Shown here one piece after another: positions 13,128-26,596 of a stretch of 64,000 nt of DNA. Origin of the DNA: Octopus vulgaris (taxonomy: Eukaryota); NCBI GenBank assembly GCA_951406725.2, contig OX597820.1:38998001-39062000 (forward strand), written 5' to 3'. Numbering within the stretch: the first letter of the stretch is position 1; every line of letters begins with the position of its first letter. The position numbers and the translations under genes were made by a program. The notes beneath the pieces were generated by a model that saw only the letters and a list, made by a program, of their open reading frames with translations, did no database searches and was not told where the DNA came from.

Positions 13128-13422
13128 GTATGGCTCAGTGGTTAGAGCGTGTGGCTCACAATCATGAGGTGATAAGTCTGATTCCCGGACCGGGTTGTGT
13201 GTTGTGTTCTTGAGACGCTTTATTTCACGTTACTCCAGTTCATTCAACTGTAGAAATGTGTTGTGATGTGACTAGTGCCAAGCTACATTAGTCTCTACGT
13301 TTGCTTTGGTTAACAACGGTAGCGTGAAGAAGGGAGGCTGGTATGCATGGGGGGGGGGCTGCTGGTCTTCCATAAACAAACTTACCTCGACTTTTGCCTC
13401 GGAGGGTAAATTTCTAGCTGCA
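13128..13422 (+). mobile_element. tRNA-derived SINE (third family)
   Basis: A-box TGGCTCAGTGGTTAGAGCG, decayed B-box GTCTGATTCCCGG, body TTTATTTCACGTTACTCCAGTTCATTCAACTGTAGAAATG. Ends in (TA)n. Confidence 0.7.
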
Positions 13423-13492
13423 ATATATATTATATACATATATATTTATATGTATATGTATATATACATATCTATATACGTATATATACATG

Positions 13493-13573
<81 letters not shown>

Positions 13574-13610
13574 TATATATATATATATATATGCATGTAT
13601 ATGTTTATAT

Positions 13611-13661
<51 letters not shown>

Positions 13662-13677
13662 TGCATATGTTATGTAA

Positions 13678-14280
13678 GGTATAAGTTAGAGGTGATAAGC
13701 TCTCTAAAGGATAGAAGTATCCAGAGGCACTCCTGGTAATTACCTCAGTCAGTATGGTCCTTGGTATAAGATATACGGCAACGGGTAATTTAAAAGGGTA
13801 AACGGTAGTTTAATGTTTATATAGACGATAAGAAAATGGAGGGATAACAACAAATAGAAGTATATCTTTGGTGTTAAAAAGGTCATTATTTAATTAGTCA
13901 AACAAGGTGAAGGTACACAGAAACAGCTGTTTCTATGTACCATGTTGAGGTAAATATGTATTTTCCTCGTTGCAAAGCGTAGACGTCATCAGAATGAATA
14001 AGGCAGATAAAGACAAAGAGGAGAATAGAGTGAAAGATAGAGGGAGAAAATGTTGAATGATTCGAAAGTCTTATATTTAAGTGGGATTCGTTAAATCCAT
14101 TGTGAGGTAGTTGAAGAATAGAGGTAGGTTGAATATAAAGTCCAGTAGTTAGTTATTAGCATGACTTCCACGTGTCTGCCTGTTCGACTAGTTGACCGCC
14201 GGTGTAATCTGAGGGAGTTGACCCTAATTAAGGATATCCGGGTGGTTAAAAGGAACTATGTGTCTCTTACTTATAGGTTG
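13678..14280 (-). mobile_element. Probable PLE-derived non-coding element between (TA)n tracts, with hammerhead relic
   Basis: Minus strand has CTGATGA (13992-13986)...GAAACAGCTGTT. A 30-bp palindrome lies at 13912-13941. Confidence 0.45.
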
Positions 14281-14305
14281 AAATATTATATATATATATA
14301 TATAT

Positions 14306-14350
<45 letters not shown>

Positions 14351-14504
14351 TTCACAATATATATATATATGTTTCACAATCAAAGGTGTAGAACTGGCGT
14401 ACTCAGAATGAAGAAAAAGGTGATGTGATCCAATGGTGGAGAAACATCCGAGAATTAGGCATGTCAAAACGGTCAGAAGGACGGGGCCTTTCCGTGTAAT
14501 CATG

Positions 14505-15105
14505 CAGTAAATAGTTGATCCAAATAAACAAACAATTAAAAACAATTAAAAAAGAAATAAAAAGAAGAGAACCAACGTGATAAGGTGCACAAGGAATATA
14601 TTATTTAGAGGCTCTGTGAAGTGAAAGATTTGATGGTAACGTTTTGTCCAATGGTCTACATCAGAAATGAGAAAGTTCAAAGAGAAAGAAGGAAAAATAA
14701 GTAAGAATCGCCAACAGACTGATGGCAAAGAACTATGCGCGAAACGTTAACAACAACTCTTTCTTTTCACCGAGCGTCTAATTAATATATTTCTTTTGCA
14801 AGGCGGCGAGCTGGCAGACACGTTAGCACGCTGGGCGAAATACTTAGCAGTATTTCGTCTGTCTTTAAGTTCTGAGTTCAAATTCCGTAGCGGTCGACTT
14901 TGCCTTTTATCCTTTCGGGGTCGATAAATTAAATACTTGTTGTGTACTGGGATAGATGTAATCGACTGGCCTCCTCCACACAAATTTCGGGCGTTGTGCC
15001 TAGAGTAGAAAAGAATATATTTCTTGTGCATATCATGACGTTCGTTTTTTCGTCTTTTTTCTTTTCCTGTCTGTTTTTTAATTGTTTGCTTATTTGAATT
15101 AACTA
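14505..15105. mobile_element. Old fold-back element with decayed hammerheads on both arms, interrupted by a SINE
   Basis: 14505-14650 is inversely similar to 14740-14800 plus 15030-15105. CTGATGG..CGAAACGTTA on + and CTGATGT..CAAAACGTTA on -. Confidence 0.65.
14801..15013 (+). mobile_element. Full-length Meta-domain SINE with 17-bp TSD
   Basis: Flanked by AATATATTTCTTTTGCA (14784-14800) and AATATATTTCTTGTGCA (15014-15030). A-box, B-box and Meta core are present. Confidence 0.9.
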
Positions 15106-15776
15106 CATGTATATGCTAATGTATGTGAGTCGATATGCGTCCATATGTTTGCAAGATTTGCTTTTGTACATAAAGCGTATCTTTTATATTGTTTCAAAAA
15201 AGGAAAATCATATTTTATAAGAGGTCTAATTGGAGACGGAAAATTAGACACTTATTCTGTTTATCATTTGTTTATATTTATTTTGCTAAAATATAATATT
15301 AGTTTACTGATTCGATATATACGCATATACCCGTAGCCACGTAACCACAATATATGTGTGTGTGTGTGCGTGTGTCTGTCAGTTCAGTTATAAATTTGAA
15401 TAACTCTGAAAATCTAATCTCTCGTAACCCTTTAATTGAAGTGTTCTGAATCTGATTGGTTACTATCAATTGTTGCCTCATGAATCTGAAACAGCTGTTG
15501 TTTTTCTCGTAATATCCTTATCGCTTCCTTGGTTACGCAGTTGATTAATTAGAGATCTTCAGTTCGTTAAATCCATGTTCTTTAAAGTACATAATTAAAT
15601 GGTTGTAAAGTATTAACTTACATTTGTACAATATTCCAGAAAGCATCGTAAAAAAATTTATGGCGCACAATTTCCAGTTTCCAAGCTGAGGTTTCATCTA
15701 TTTTATTACGGTTATTACTAACTTGTTCATGCTTCATACATATAGATATATGCATACATACATGCATATATATACA

Positions 15777-15861
<85 letters not shown>

Positions 15862-16439
15862 TCATTTATTTGTGTGCGCGCGTGTACGTGTGAGAGAGAA
15901 AGAGTATGTGTGTGGATATGTGTATGTATGCATATGTACATGTAAACGCGTGCCTGCTATAAAATGCTCGATTGTAATACCGAGGTTAGATTTCAGTTTC
16001 GAATTTGCTTACCAAACAGGATATTTGATAGTTCGCATGGAAAATATCTTAATCTTCTCTCTTGAAATATAACACCTTTGAAACACTCAGTTTTGTACTT
16101 TAAACAGATAGAGGTGAGCTCCATTTTAATACCTCAGTAACTTAATTAGTGTTGAACTTATGGGAGTACAGATAATCAATTCCTTACGCTTATCATCAAC
16201 CTCCGTCAGGTGGAGCCTCTGACTGATGATAAATGGGTCCTTTCGCACATGTATAATATATAAATTTCGCAAGAACTCCCAGAACTCTGAAATGAATTGT
16301 TTCACAAGAACTCTGAAATGAATTGTGCATGGAACTAAGCTACAGATTTTGAAATCCGTATTGCTCAATAAAGCAGTGCGCTTTATACGTGTTGGTACTG
16401 CACTGCCACCGTGATCCTGTTGATGAGGACTTGAGTAAT

Positions 16440-16640
16440 TTTGTTTGGTTCCGGATTCAGTCCCAATGCATGGATCCTTGGACAAGTATCTCCTACTCTA
16501 GCCTCGGGCCGACCAAAACCTTGTGAGTGGATTTAGCAGACGTAAACTGGAAGAAACCCGTCGTACATAAATACATATGTATATATTTGTGTGTGTGTGT
16601 ATGTGTGTTTGTGTGTGTGTGCTTGTTCCCCTCCCCCACC
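16440..16640 (+). mobile_element. OK/OR-like SINE fragment
   Basis: CCTTGGACAAGTATCTCCTACTCTAGCCTCGGGCCGACCAAAACCTTGTGAGTGGATTT. Confidence 0.7.
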
Positions 16641-16819
16641 ATCTTCTCTTGACAATCGACTCGTCATCGACTTCTGGCAGTTTCGTCCTCCTTCAGCTAC
16701 GCCACCTCTCGGCTAGGGGGGTAAAAATGTAGGAGGTTATCTCCCAATCTCGTCAGCAATCAAATTCGAGCTGTGATGTAATTATCGCTAATACCGATAT
16801 TATCGATGTTATGCGTTTC

Positions 16820-17310
16820 TCAAAATGTTAACAGGAATCTCGTAAAATGCAAACACGGCCCGAAAATCTCCGTTCTGGAGTTCAGTATGGTCCTTGGTAA
16901 GTGCAAGTTTTTCACGATTTCCATACGATCGGCTACGCATAGCTTACATTGTTTCGTTCCATTTATGTACGGACCCAGACGGTGGAGGATTTTCCATGAT
17001 ATCGAGTATGGAATTTCATCTTCCTTCAGTTGCCAGATATGGCTGGCCGGGACACTGGAGGATGGTCTATGGCTGGAAAGATGTTTCTTAAAGGAAGACC
17101 ACGCGCATCCAATGTATTTTCTTGGATGCGTGGAGTCGGTGTTGTGCCTACTATTGCTGGTGTTATTGCTGCTACCACTGCTGTTGTCGGTGCTATTATT
17201 CTTGCTGTTGTTGGTATTGGTGTTGGCGAAGGCGGGGGTAGTGATGGCCTTGGTAATGTTATTGCTGCATTTGGAAGGGACACTGTCGATGTTATCACTA
17301 TAGCCGAAGG
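16820..17310 (-). pseudogene. Penelope-like C-terminal GIY-YIG endonuclease relic
   Basis: KYIG..SFKKHLSSH..SHIWQLKE..YSISWKIL..Y..CKLC..LNSRTEIFGPCLH. The CxxC and terminal CxH resemble Hydra-clade PLEs (from memory, not verified). Confidence 0.85.
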
Positions 17311-17319
17311 TACTACCGG

Positions 17320-17376
<57 letters not shown>

Positions 17377-17979
17377 CGTGCGTGCACGTGTATTTTTCAA
17401 TGTGTACAAATAACACGGAAAAATAAATAAATAGTTACCAGTTGGCAAAAATTCATATAAGTACCAACGATATTACAGCCTACATACAAAGGTAGAAATT
17501 CCAGGGTTTAGTGAAATGTTTTTTAAATGACATGGATAAATTAAGAAATGGAGTACAGGTGTTATTCAAATCATTTATACTTCGAACATATGTTTTGAAG
17601 AAAGCATTGAGAGTATTTCGAAGGGAATAAAAATGATGTAAAACAATACAATCATCTCGTCAGGGGAAAAAGAGAAACAAAACACATCAATAAGGCATTT
17701 TAGCCGAATGTGATTACCGCATATATGATGAAGTGGAACCCTGGCAAGTTTTTTTTTTAAAAAAACGCTGATAGATTTAACGTCAAAGGTAATTTGGAGA
17801 AAGAAAAGGAGGAAAAAGAAATAAATTAACAGAAAATTAAGAGTGGAAAAATATAGTATGATAGGTGAACGGGAATAAAGCTTAAAACCGTGGAATGTAT
17901 AGTATGTATAGTAGAAATGAAATGTATGAAGACAGTTAAAGTTCGAATTTTATAGAATGGAAGAAATTACTTATAGGAA

Positions 17980-18700
17980 CTAAAGATATGTTTTTGCCAA
18001 TGTTTACAGCGATAAACGCTTTCTTTAACCGTGGTTACAAGAGTATTCTCCGAGAAAAGATTGAGAAACTGTCTTCATTACAGAGCGGACAAAAAGATTT
18101 ACTTTGTCATATGGGAAGGATCTAGATAGAATTTTCCATTCCAAATCGAATTGTTTATTATGTTCCTTTAGAGACCAAATTAATTCACTAAGACCAGTAT
18201 TGTTGCGTTTATTGATATGTCTAAACGTAGAGTAATGGCTAGATATTCTTTTCGACAACTGGGTCAATGAGCTACCTATGTAAAAAAAAAGACATCAGAA
18301 CCGGAAGTAATTTTACATTGATAAACAGAGTTTCTAGTCATGTAATTACTGCTAAGGAAAGGAATACGATTGGAATTTATATCAGAAATATTAATATTGT
18401 TGTTATTATTGCTCAAAGAATGGTTAGCGTTAATAATATCACTGTTATTATTTTCATTAAGTGGAATTGTATTTAACAACTTATTGTCATGCAAGGAAAT
18501 TATTTGTGAAAGGATTTTGTGTTTGAAAAACCTATCATAATTCTGGGTGAATTATTAATGGAATGGTATCTAGAATCTTTTGGAAAATTGTTATCTATAA
18601 CTTCACGAAACTGGTATGGTAGGTCGGATTTGATTTGTTTGTCATATGGAATGAGCAGCCAAACAGTTTTTCTAGGACACACCTTATTACTTGTCTTAGG
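17980..18700 (-). pseudogene. Penelope-like thumb plus GIY-YIG relic (frameshifted)
   Basis: RKTVWLLIPY..IDNNFPKDSRY.., HDNK, VYQCKI..IGSS..KRISSHYSTFRH..TGLSELIWSLKE..LEWKIL..YDK, FCPLCNE, CKH. Confidence 0.85.
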
Positions 18701-19490
18701 GTAATTATTTTAAAAAGTCCTAGACTTATTTTTATTACGTATTAAGGGATATATAGAACCAAGCTATTAGGAAACCTGATGACCTCCAGAAACGAAAATC
18801 TGTACATATTCAAATATCAGACAAACCCATGCTTTAAATTTTTATATTTATGAATATGGCTGTGCATGAAGTTTTTTGCATAAGATAATTAAGGGATACA
18901 GTGCAGAATGCAAATTCTTGAAACGTCCGGGGCCAATGCAAGGGATGCTGCAGCTGAGAAATTCTTTAGTGTCCTTTTCCTTGATCTTTGCATTTATTTC
19001 GAATTAATCGCCTAGTCTCGCGTAACGTTGTGTATTCTCCTACAAAATGGAGACTATTTCTAGCATTCCCAAGTGGATCACGAGAAGAATTGTGGGAATT
19101 TTCTTTCCACATGAAACCATTTGTTGCCTTGTTAATTCATAAATCATGAATATTTGTTCAGCAAATGTAACGTTGAACACACACTCTTATTATCGATACA
19201 ATCGTACACAAGCAGTCGTACGCGCAAATACACACACACACCACTCCCTCACTCACACTCATACACATATACACACACTATATATCATGACGCAGCATTT
19301 TGAAGTAAAATAGCACATTAAGGGTGACATGTCAGTTGTTATAGTATTATAATAACTGGCATGTTACATTGTCTCTTTTACAATGTAAATGAATGGAAAC
19401 CGGATGCTATCTTTCCGTCGAACCTTTGAGCGGCTTAGTTGTCGATATACAGCAAAGCTAATTTATTCTTTCATTCTTCTAAATGTAATG

Positions 19491-19521
<31 letters not shown>

Positions 19522-19830
19522 CATATATACACACACACATATATATACATATGTGTGTGTGTGCGTGTAATTGATTCGTGACTTTCCATTATATGTGTAG
19601 AAAATTGATTTATGAGTATCAATCATATATGCACGTGTATGTACGTGTATGTATGTATGTATGTATGTATGTATGTATGTATGTATGTATGTATGTAGGT
19701 ATGAATATATGTATGTATGTATATATATATATGTGTGTGTGTATGTGTATATATATATATATACATACATACATACATACATACACGTATATATATATAA
19801 TATAAATAAATAAATATATATATATATATG

Positions 19831-19900
<70 letters not shown>

Positions 19901-20415
19901 GATTCAAACAGACACATACGCTGACATAAAAACAAACACATCGAATCACACACATCCGACACATACATACATTTGAAGCCATTTGCGTCTCTCCTGATCG
20001 CATTGTTTTAGCTCTCTTCTTAATTTGTTAAAACTAACTTCTCGCTATTAATGACTTGCTTTAGGTTATGAAATATAATTCGAAACTTATATTTTAAAGT
20101 ATTTAAATGGAAAAATAAAGGTGAGAAATTATTGATTAGCTACACATTCATCTGAGATGATTATTAATTCCCAACCATGATTCAAGATTTAACAATATTC
20201 GTTCGTGTCTGTTACAGTAGGCGTCACAGATTAGTTTTGAGACGAAATTATAACGTAAACAGAATTGGTGAAATACACATGAAAATTATTATCGTTACAG
20301 AAACAAGTTTCGGGAAGATAATTCCCTAATTATCGTCATAGTTATCAGCGTTTTCACCATCATCACCACAACCACGCTACCAACAGAACCGACGCAGCTG
20401 CTGTCGTCGTCATCG

Positions 20416-20458
<43 letters not shown>

Positions 20459-22644
20459 AATCATCATCATCATCATTAACAACAACATCAACTTCAATAT
20501 GATCTTTAAGGTCGTCGTAGACGTCTTCGCCAGAAGGAGGAACTATTTGAAATCATACATGTTGGACCTCAGTAATTTGCAAGTGTTTAATCAAACATTT
20601 TGCCCGGTTTATTCAAAATTTTATTTAACAAGAATTTTGCTTACATTCTCTGGATCATGGTAGTAACATTTTTTGTAATTGCACCCCCTTTTAGGGTCGT
20701 AATAAGTGTTTTACAATATTTCCATGCTTCGTGAAGACAGGATTATATTCATTTTGCCAATTTTAAAAAAGTGTCGGATTTGGAAAAAATAATATTAATC
20801 GACCGACCAAGAGCAGAAACGCAGCTGAAGGTGAAATAAATTTGCCGTTAAAGTGAAATGTAATTTACCTCTTGTTTCCTATGACAACAGAAATAAGTGC
20901 AAAAGTACCAGCAGCAACAATAATGACAACGACGACTATAGCAGCAGCAGCAACATCGTGAACAGCATCATCACCACCACCACCACCACCACCACCACCA
21001 CCACCACCATAAATGTGTTTTCGCGAATTAGAGGAAACTTAAATTTCATACTCCGGCAGAAACTGAAAAATGCCTCGAAGCTGTGCGGCCCTCAGTACTA
21101 CACATCCAGAATGGTGAACAAGATGGGATGGTCACTGCTGTATGCAACAGGGAGGAAAAAGCCAGAAGAATGGCTACGATAACTTACACGTCCCAGGCTT
21201 TTCTAATGATTCCACATTATGTGGGTAAAAGGTTCACTCGAATTCGAGTGTAAGATCATTGACTCGAGTGTAAGATCATGCCGAGTCACCGTGGAGGAGC
21301 ATGGAGAGATTGTGGAGATGAAGTCCACCTCACATCTCAACAGGACTGGAATTCTTATGGAATTCCAGATACTAGTTTATCCAGAAGAAATAAATCGCAC
21401 TCCCGATTTTTTCTGTTTCGAGTATTGCAAACAGATACCAGTTTGTATAGAATGGGAATTCGAACCACCTCAAAGCCTTTTTGCCCGCAGTAGAGGAAGC
21501 ACGAAGCTCTCCACCGTTACTACCAAGTCTCAAAGGGGGGGGGACAAAGCCATTACCTCGCATCTGCCTCCTTCCTTGACTTCATACTAATAGGCCTTTC
21601 TTGGAGATAAGAGAAAGTCTGAATATGAACTAAACAGAAACCAGCAGACATTATATAATGTATTCCTAGATATACTATGCCAATAATTGTTAAGACATCT
21701 CTCATTAAAAAAGAAACATTACATTCGATTGTATAACCCTCGAAATTATATATGAAAAAAATATAAGGAAAATAATCATGCTAAGGACGTCTTTGAATAT
21801 ATCTCTTCTTCGAAAGGGTTGACTCGAATTTAAAGACGTCCAACGATTTATTATAGCGTGTAGTAGTCCCAGACAATTAGCTGCCTATTTTCAATACGAC
21901 CGTTAATATAAATCAGGAGTAATAGTGCGTCCAACGGGGAAACACAGTGAAGCATGCCTCTAGTTATAGACACAGCATATGAGGTAACGTAGTTAATGAA
22001 GTTAGCTAGAAAGAAAAAAAGAGAATCAATTAAGTATATCCGTTGCCACAAGGAAAAGAAAGCAAGAGCTTAATGGGCAATGTTTACCAAATGTAATGAA
22101 CATAAAGAGGTTCAAAATCCTGAAATTTTAATTAATTAATTGAAAACACTAACTTGAGGGCTAATATAAATTAGATCTTAAATTTGACAAGTATGGTGGC
22201 AATTTTCGATATATTTCTGTTGTATTACGTCACCAATGAAATACAGAGACTCGTTAGTTCCTGTCAGAAATCTAAATTAGTTTCGAACGTTTTATAACCT
22301 CAACTTTATGGACCATTCAGTCTCCTCGTCTCTTTTCCTTTGTTACTTCTCACTGTTTATCTCTCGATAACATTTCGCTCCGCTTCTCTCTACCTGTTCA
22401 AAGTTTTGTCAATTTTCTTCCCATTCAGCTACTGTCTGTGCTTCTGTCTGTTTGCCTCTCTCTCTCACTCTTTCTTATTCTTATTTTCTCTCTCAAGCAT
22501 TCACTCTCTCATTTTGTCTGCCTGTGTTTCTTCTCCCCCCTCTCTCTCTCTCTCTCTTTCTTAGTCTCTCTCTATCTACATACATGCACATATGTGTGTA
22601 TTTGTGTGTGTGTGTATCTTTTACCTTTTACTTCTTTCTGTCAA

Positions 22645-23110
22645 AATGTTGCGGCCATGCTGTGGCACCATCTTGAATAGTTAAGTCGAGCGCATCGGAC
22701 CCAGTACTTACATTTCTTTAAAATCTAGTACTTATTCTATCGGTGTTATTTTGCCGAACCGCTAGATTGCAGGAACGTACACACACTAACTCCGGTTCTT
22801 TCAGTTTCCGTCCACCAAATCCACTCCCAAAGCCGTGGTCGGCCTGAGGCTATAATCCATGTGATTGTGAAGAAAACATTTTATCACAAAGGCACGCTTG
22901 ACCCTATATATACTCTTTTATTCTTTTACTCTGTTACTTGTTCCAGTCATTTGACTGCGGCCATGCTCGAACACCATCTTAAAGGGTATTTATTCGAATA
23001 AATCGATCCCATGACTTATTTTTTAAGCCTAGTACTTATTCTATCAGTCTCTTTACCCAAACCAGTAAGTTACAGGGACATAAATACACCAACAACGGTT
23101 GTCGAGCTGT
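22645..23110 (-). mobile_element. OK/OR-like SINE tail fragments (two copies)
   Basis: Two copies of TGCGGCCATGCT..CACCATCTT...CTAGTACTTATTCTATC, plus CAGTTTCCGTCCACCAAATCCACTC. Confidence 0.7.
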
Positions 23111-23267
23111 AATGCAGGGAAACACAGATAAAAAGACACACACTCACACACACATGATCATACATACACACACATACACACACACATGTATATATATACA
23201 TATATACGATGGGCACTTGACCAAGTTGCCAAAGAATGGGACTGAATCGGGAAGTGTGTGGCTGTAT

Positions 23268-23355
<88 letters not shown>

Positions 23356-25079
23356 GGAGAGAGAGAGAGAGAGAGAGAGCAGTACGCAATGTTTTATGTT
23401 TTGCCGAAAGGGAAAACTCTATAGTTGTCACTAAATATGGTTAGTTTGTTAGAACACCAACGTTGCTAGAAATAAGAGCTAAAAAGCTTTAATTCTGTAG
23501 TTAAAGTACATAATTGTATACATACGTACAGCGCGCACGCAATTTTTGTATAGCAATCTGTCGATCTGCAAAATGTGTTGTGTGTAGTAAAGTGTATGAG
23601 TAAGAAATGTGTCGTAGCATATAAACTTTGGCCGAGTGACCATAAAGGATAATTCAGTCTTCCTATAATTTGTCATAAATTTAGGTTGAAGTTGAACCCC
23701 GCAAGTGCATCTTTCACAGAAACGGAAATCAATGCATAAGATATCAATTGAACCGAAAACTTCTAACTCGTTAAAGCTGAATGACATGCGCGGGCGCACA
23801 TATAAATATATATGTGTGTGTGTGTATGTGTGTGTGTGTATGTATGTGCACATTCTCGGAGAGAAAGAGATACTAGGAGAAAGAAAACTGATCATGTTAG
23901 AGAGATGAAAGAAGGAATTTTAAGATCATTAGTAGTGTCTGCAAATGCTAGCGTTCCACTCATAAATTCAAAATATACACGGATGCATTAAATGAAAAAT
24001 AAATGTAACGTAGCGTAAATAAATAGGTAGAGTAGCACACATAGACATACATATACATACATACACGCACACATATATCTGTTTAGATGTATGTATGTAT
24101 CTATATATTTATCTACACACACACACGCGCGCACGCACACATACGTTTATATATTGCTATATCGCAGATGTTTTTACTTCAGCTACAGATAACGAGATAA
24201 CAAGAGGATGAAAATCTGAAAGACAAGAAGTAACTATTTAATGCGAATCAGTCAGACCATGATATGTAGGTTACATGATATATTAACATATGTGAAGGGA
24301 ATTCATCTGAAGAACTTTTAATTATAGAAGAAACATAATACATAGCGTAAATAGATAAATAGATTTGAGATAGCTCATTAACACCGAAAGGTTGATAATA
24401 TTATTGTTGCCTTTTTTGTTGTCATGTATCCCCTGGATACATGACATATGTTACTATAGAAAGTAGTCGCATGATCAACCTATGTGCAATTCACGCGTGT
24501 AACACAGTTGATGCATCAACGCAAATATATCGGCCTTGTTGAAGACCATATTGCAGATTCAATATGCAGATGTTATAGTTAATCATTTGGTGTGTAGTTT
24601 AATAGTGCCGGCATGCTTATACCTTATTTGTCCAGTATACAAATTGGTGTTTTTCAGACTAACATTTTCAGTTTCCAAAAAAAAAAGTAGGTCTCGAGAA
24701 CTTCCATGAAAAATGTAGTAGGATTTGGAATGATAGTGAGAATGTTTCAATGTTTACACTCCATATTTACATTCTATACTGCGTCGATTTGTATACCGAG
24801 AAATATGGCATGACCTGATTGTCCAGATTGTGTTTGTATGGCATTGATTATTATTTGATTGAACAGAACTGTGATCCAAGTCGTTCCAGTTATGGCGAAT
24901 CTGCTCTGTCGTATGGCAGCAGGTCATGCAGTACCTGCAATAAATTTGGTAGACGGTAGAGAGAACAGCTGAATATCATTGTATTTCAGATCATGATTTA
25001 ATCTAGAAAATATATAAAAAAGTGGCACTTTGGGCAAGTGTCTCCTTTTTTAGCCCCGGTAAATTAAGTAAATTACTTC

Positions 25080-25385
25080 CTATCCTTGGAAATAGTCATC
25101 TTGTGCAGCAATACACCGGTCCCGGCGTTCCTGCCACTTTTGGAATCCAATCCTGACTGAAAGTCGCTTTCCTAAGCGGGTTGAAGACCTTCTACGATTC
25201 GCTCTGGATCTCCACAACGATATTAAAACTGAAGCATTGAGCTGCATTTTCCTCTTTGCGAACAGATGGAAATCCGAAGGTGCTAATCTGGGGAATAGGA
25301 TTGGTTCAGAAGCAATACTTATATTGTTTTCGGCGCGAAACCCACGAGTGACGAGAGCTTGGTGTTAGTTTGTGTTGTTCTCGTA
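25080..25385 (-). pseudogene. mariner transposase C-terminal relic
   Basis: (SPD)LAPSDFHLFAK..FQKWQERRDRCIAAQDDYFQG*. Confidence 0.85.
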
Positions 25386-26016
25386 AAGAAACCAATTTGG
25401 CGGGGATATGCGCGGGAGAAGTGGATAATGTTGGCACCATGGCTTTGCTATCTAAACAGGTTGGTTCGGCATTTCTTAAGATATCTGGAAGCGCCTCAGC
25501 AATGATTTGTACATTCATTATTGATTTTAATCTCATTTGTTGACGCCCAACTTGCGACCCTATTATTTCAATTTCATTATTGATTATTAATTATTTATTT
25601 TTGGATATTCCCCACTTTCCACAGAAGGTTTTTTCGATCTTATCAAAATATTTAAATCTACATTTATGTTTTACTGTTAATTTTCACGCACCCCAATCAC
25701 CTAACTTGCAACGAAAATTACCCCATTATGTTTATAAAACTGGCCAGTCAATCAAATTAAAATACTTATCGGTTGATTTGAATTACAAGTACATTTTCAT
25801 TCAGTAATCGTCACAAGTGTCCGGTGAACAGGAACGTGAAACTATGAGTTACAGTTTTGTGACAATTTCGCAACTTTAATAAAAGCATATGTATAAATAA
25901 ATAAATAAATAAATAAATAAACACACACACACACACATATATATATATAATAAAAGTATATGTATAAATAAATAAATAAATACATATATATATATATATA
26001 ATATATATATATATAG

Positions 26017-26530
<514 letters not shown>

Positions 26531-26558
26531 ATATATATATATACACACACACACGCAC

Positions 26559-26596
<38 letters not shown>

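Noticed and set aside
15477-15500. CTCATGA-atct-GAAACAGCTGTT
   Set aside because: Core mutated, no helix I or II. Too degenerate to call.
25306-25536. 76-aa ORF as a host exon
   Set aside because: Its 3' part runs into mariner transposase remnants in a shifted frame.
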